In this document: piece after piece, positions 62,385 through 64,000 of the stretch
How positions within the stretch are numbered: position 1 is the stretch's first letter
Layout: each line of letters starts with the position of its first letter
Source: Dictyostelium discoideum
Lineage: Eukaryota
Assembly: GCA_000004695.1 (NCBI GenBank)
Contig: CM000152.2
Location: 352,001 to 416,000 of the forward strand
Length of the DNA stretch: 64,000 nt
Reading direction: 5' to 3'
Notes under the pieces: generated by a model
What the model was told of the DNA's origin: nothing
The model's input: the letters and a program-made list of their open reading frames with translations, nothing else
The model's database searches: none
Program-made: the position numbers and the translations under genes

Positions 62385-63290
62385 ATGACTGGGATCTCTA
62401 ATATTAATTTTTTTGATTTATTAAAAAAGGTTGAATTTTTAATAAAAAAAAAAAAAGATAATAGAGGTCGAAAACAAATTTATAAAACAAAAGAAAAATT
62501 ATTTGTCACCTTGTTTCACATGAGGCATTATACAAGATTAATTGTTTTAAATAAGTTGTTTGGTATTAGTGCATCTACATTCACTAGGATATATGATGAG
62601 ATATTGGATATACTTTTTCAATTATCATTAGGATAATTTTGAAGAGGTTTTTAAAAATAGATTTAATGAAGAAACAAGCTGTGTAGATTATGAATCTCCA
62701 GATGTTGGTCTGGCAACAATTACAATGGTAGTTGATGGATCAGAGCAGCAAATTACGATTCCATTAGATGAAGATGTCAAAAACATTTTATACAGTGGGA
62801 AAAAGGGTAAATCTACTCTAACCTTATTGGTTTATTGTTGTCCAAAATCTGGGAAAATATTACACGTAGGTTCAACATGTGGCGGAAGTAACAATGACAT
62901 CAATTTGTTTGAGAGAGATAAAGACTTTATATCAAAATAGGAAAAAGAAAAAGAATTTATATTAGGTGATAGAGGATTTGTTGGTGTTGGAAGGTTAGTA
63001 TTAACTATTCCAAAAGGTAAAAGAGATTATGAACAGAAACAAACAGATATAGATCAAAAATCAATAAGAATAATTATTGAAAATGTGTTTGCTAAAATAA
63101 AAAGATTCTTTATTACAAGTATGCCACTAAGATATAAATTTTCAGTAGGATCAATTGATATGGATAGTGTTCAAGAAAAACACCACAAAACATGGTGTGT
63201 TGTAGGCTATATTATAAATTTGTTTAAACCAATAAGAGATCTAAAAAAAAATCTTAAAAAAATGACAATAAATAATAAAATAATTTAATA
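62385..63290 (+). mobile_element. Degenerate PIF/Harbinger-like DDE (DDE_Tnp_4) transposase relic
   Basis: Frame 0 (62385-62636) encodes an HTH-like N-terminus ...KQIYKTKEKLFVTLFHMRHYTRLIVLNKLFGISASTFTRIYDEIL. Frame 1 (62638-63290) encodes VVDGSEQQITIPLDEDVKNILYSGKKGKSTLTLLVYCCPKSGKILHVGSTCGGSNNDINLFE...GDRGFVG...IIIENVFAKIKRFFI, the Harbinger DDE_4 blocks DGTHI.I, KG..S.N, GS.HD, GD.GY and E..FG.LK.RFR.L. The copy is interrupted by a +1 frameshift at about 62636 and an in-frame TAG at 62938-62940. Confidence 0.6.
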
Positions 63291-63451
63291 ATGAATTTAT
63301 TATAATCAATGATTTTTTAATTGTTCACTATTTTTTTTTTCCATATGAAATTAATATAAAAAAAAAAGAAAAAAAAACAAAAAAAAAAAATTTTTTTGAT
63401 TTTTTTTGATTTTTTTTTTTGGTGGGATCCATGATAAATTGTTTGGATAAA

Positions 63452-63486
<35 letters not shown>

Positions 63487-63730
63487 ATTTGTTTAAATTT
63501 CTATTTTATTCCTTTTGCTAATATCTATGGCCAAAAAGTTGGGAAATAATTTAATTTGATTTTAATTTTTTTTTTTTTTAAGATAAACTTGAAAATGTAT
63601 AAAGATTTTTGATCATTCACATAATTTGATATTAAAAAAAATAACCAATGTTTCTATTTACCATTTTAAAAGAATATAAAATCGAATTCTTTTTTTTTTT
63701 TTAAACAAAGTTTTTTTTTTATTTCTTTTA

Positions 63731-63787
<57 letters not shown>

Positions 63788-64000
63788 TTTAATAATAAAA
63801 TTATACATATACAAGGAACCAGATATTATTATATTTTTTTGTTTTTTTAATTATTTCACATAAAAAAGGGGTTAAAATAAAAATAAAGGGAGAGTTTTTT
63901 TTTTTTTTGTAAGAAATCTTGAGATATTATGATCATTTTATTTTAATTTTTCAATTAAATTTTATAAGAATGTTTGAGAGGATAAAAATTAAATTAATTT

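Overview
This window is AT-rich nuclear genomic DNA with dictyostelid hallmarks, most likely Dictyostelium discoideum or a close relative. Intergenic DNA is full of long poly-A/T runs, (AAT)n tracts encode poly-Asn inside genes, and introns are short, AT-rich and of GTAAGT...AG type. From the ORF track and hand-resolved splice sites I can support about 22 protein-coding loci. In order along the window they are:
- a 5'-partial Cys-containing LRR (F-box/LRR-like) gene
- a DH-PH-FYVE RhoGEF
- a ComC-like EGF-repeat membrane protein
- the plasma-membrane-type Ca2+-ATPase (1115 aa, consistent with patA/PAT1)
- an Asn-rich RING-HC protein
- a class I SAM methyltransferase
- EMC3
- maleylacetoacetate isomerase / GST zeta
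- SDHD
- a four-exon phosphatidylserine synthase
- a five-exon 377-aa protein tyrosine phosphatase (consistent with PTP2/ptpB)
- a MATE transporter
- a His-tagged TM2-domain protein
- a P-loop kinase-like protein
- a hevamine-like GH18 protein with a mucin tail
- a coiled-coil Asn/Gln-rich protein
- DNAJC2/zuotin
- an ankyrin + TBC RabGAP
- a RING/TRAF-zinc-finger FNIP-repeat protein
- a secreted Cys-rich protein with 60-bp tandem repeats
No tRNA, rRNA or CRISPR was found. The hunt turned up eight things:
- a multiply frameshifted vWA + septin/AIG1-like GTPase gene, a pseudogene candidate
- a 138-bp inverted duplication enclosing divergent paralogous gene fragments, with a third paralog fragment nearby
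- a DUSE promoter motif in front of a roughly 110-nt candidate ncRNA
- a degenerate PIF/Harbinger-like DDE transposase relic
- large perfect palindromes
- a cluster of ATTTAAAT motifs in a 3-kb divergent intergenic region
- a natural poly-His N-terminus
- isolated homopolymer-associated frameshifts in otherwise intact genes, which may be assembly indels
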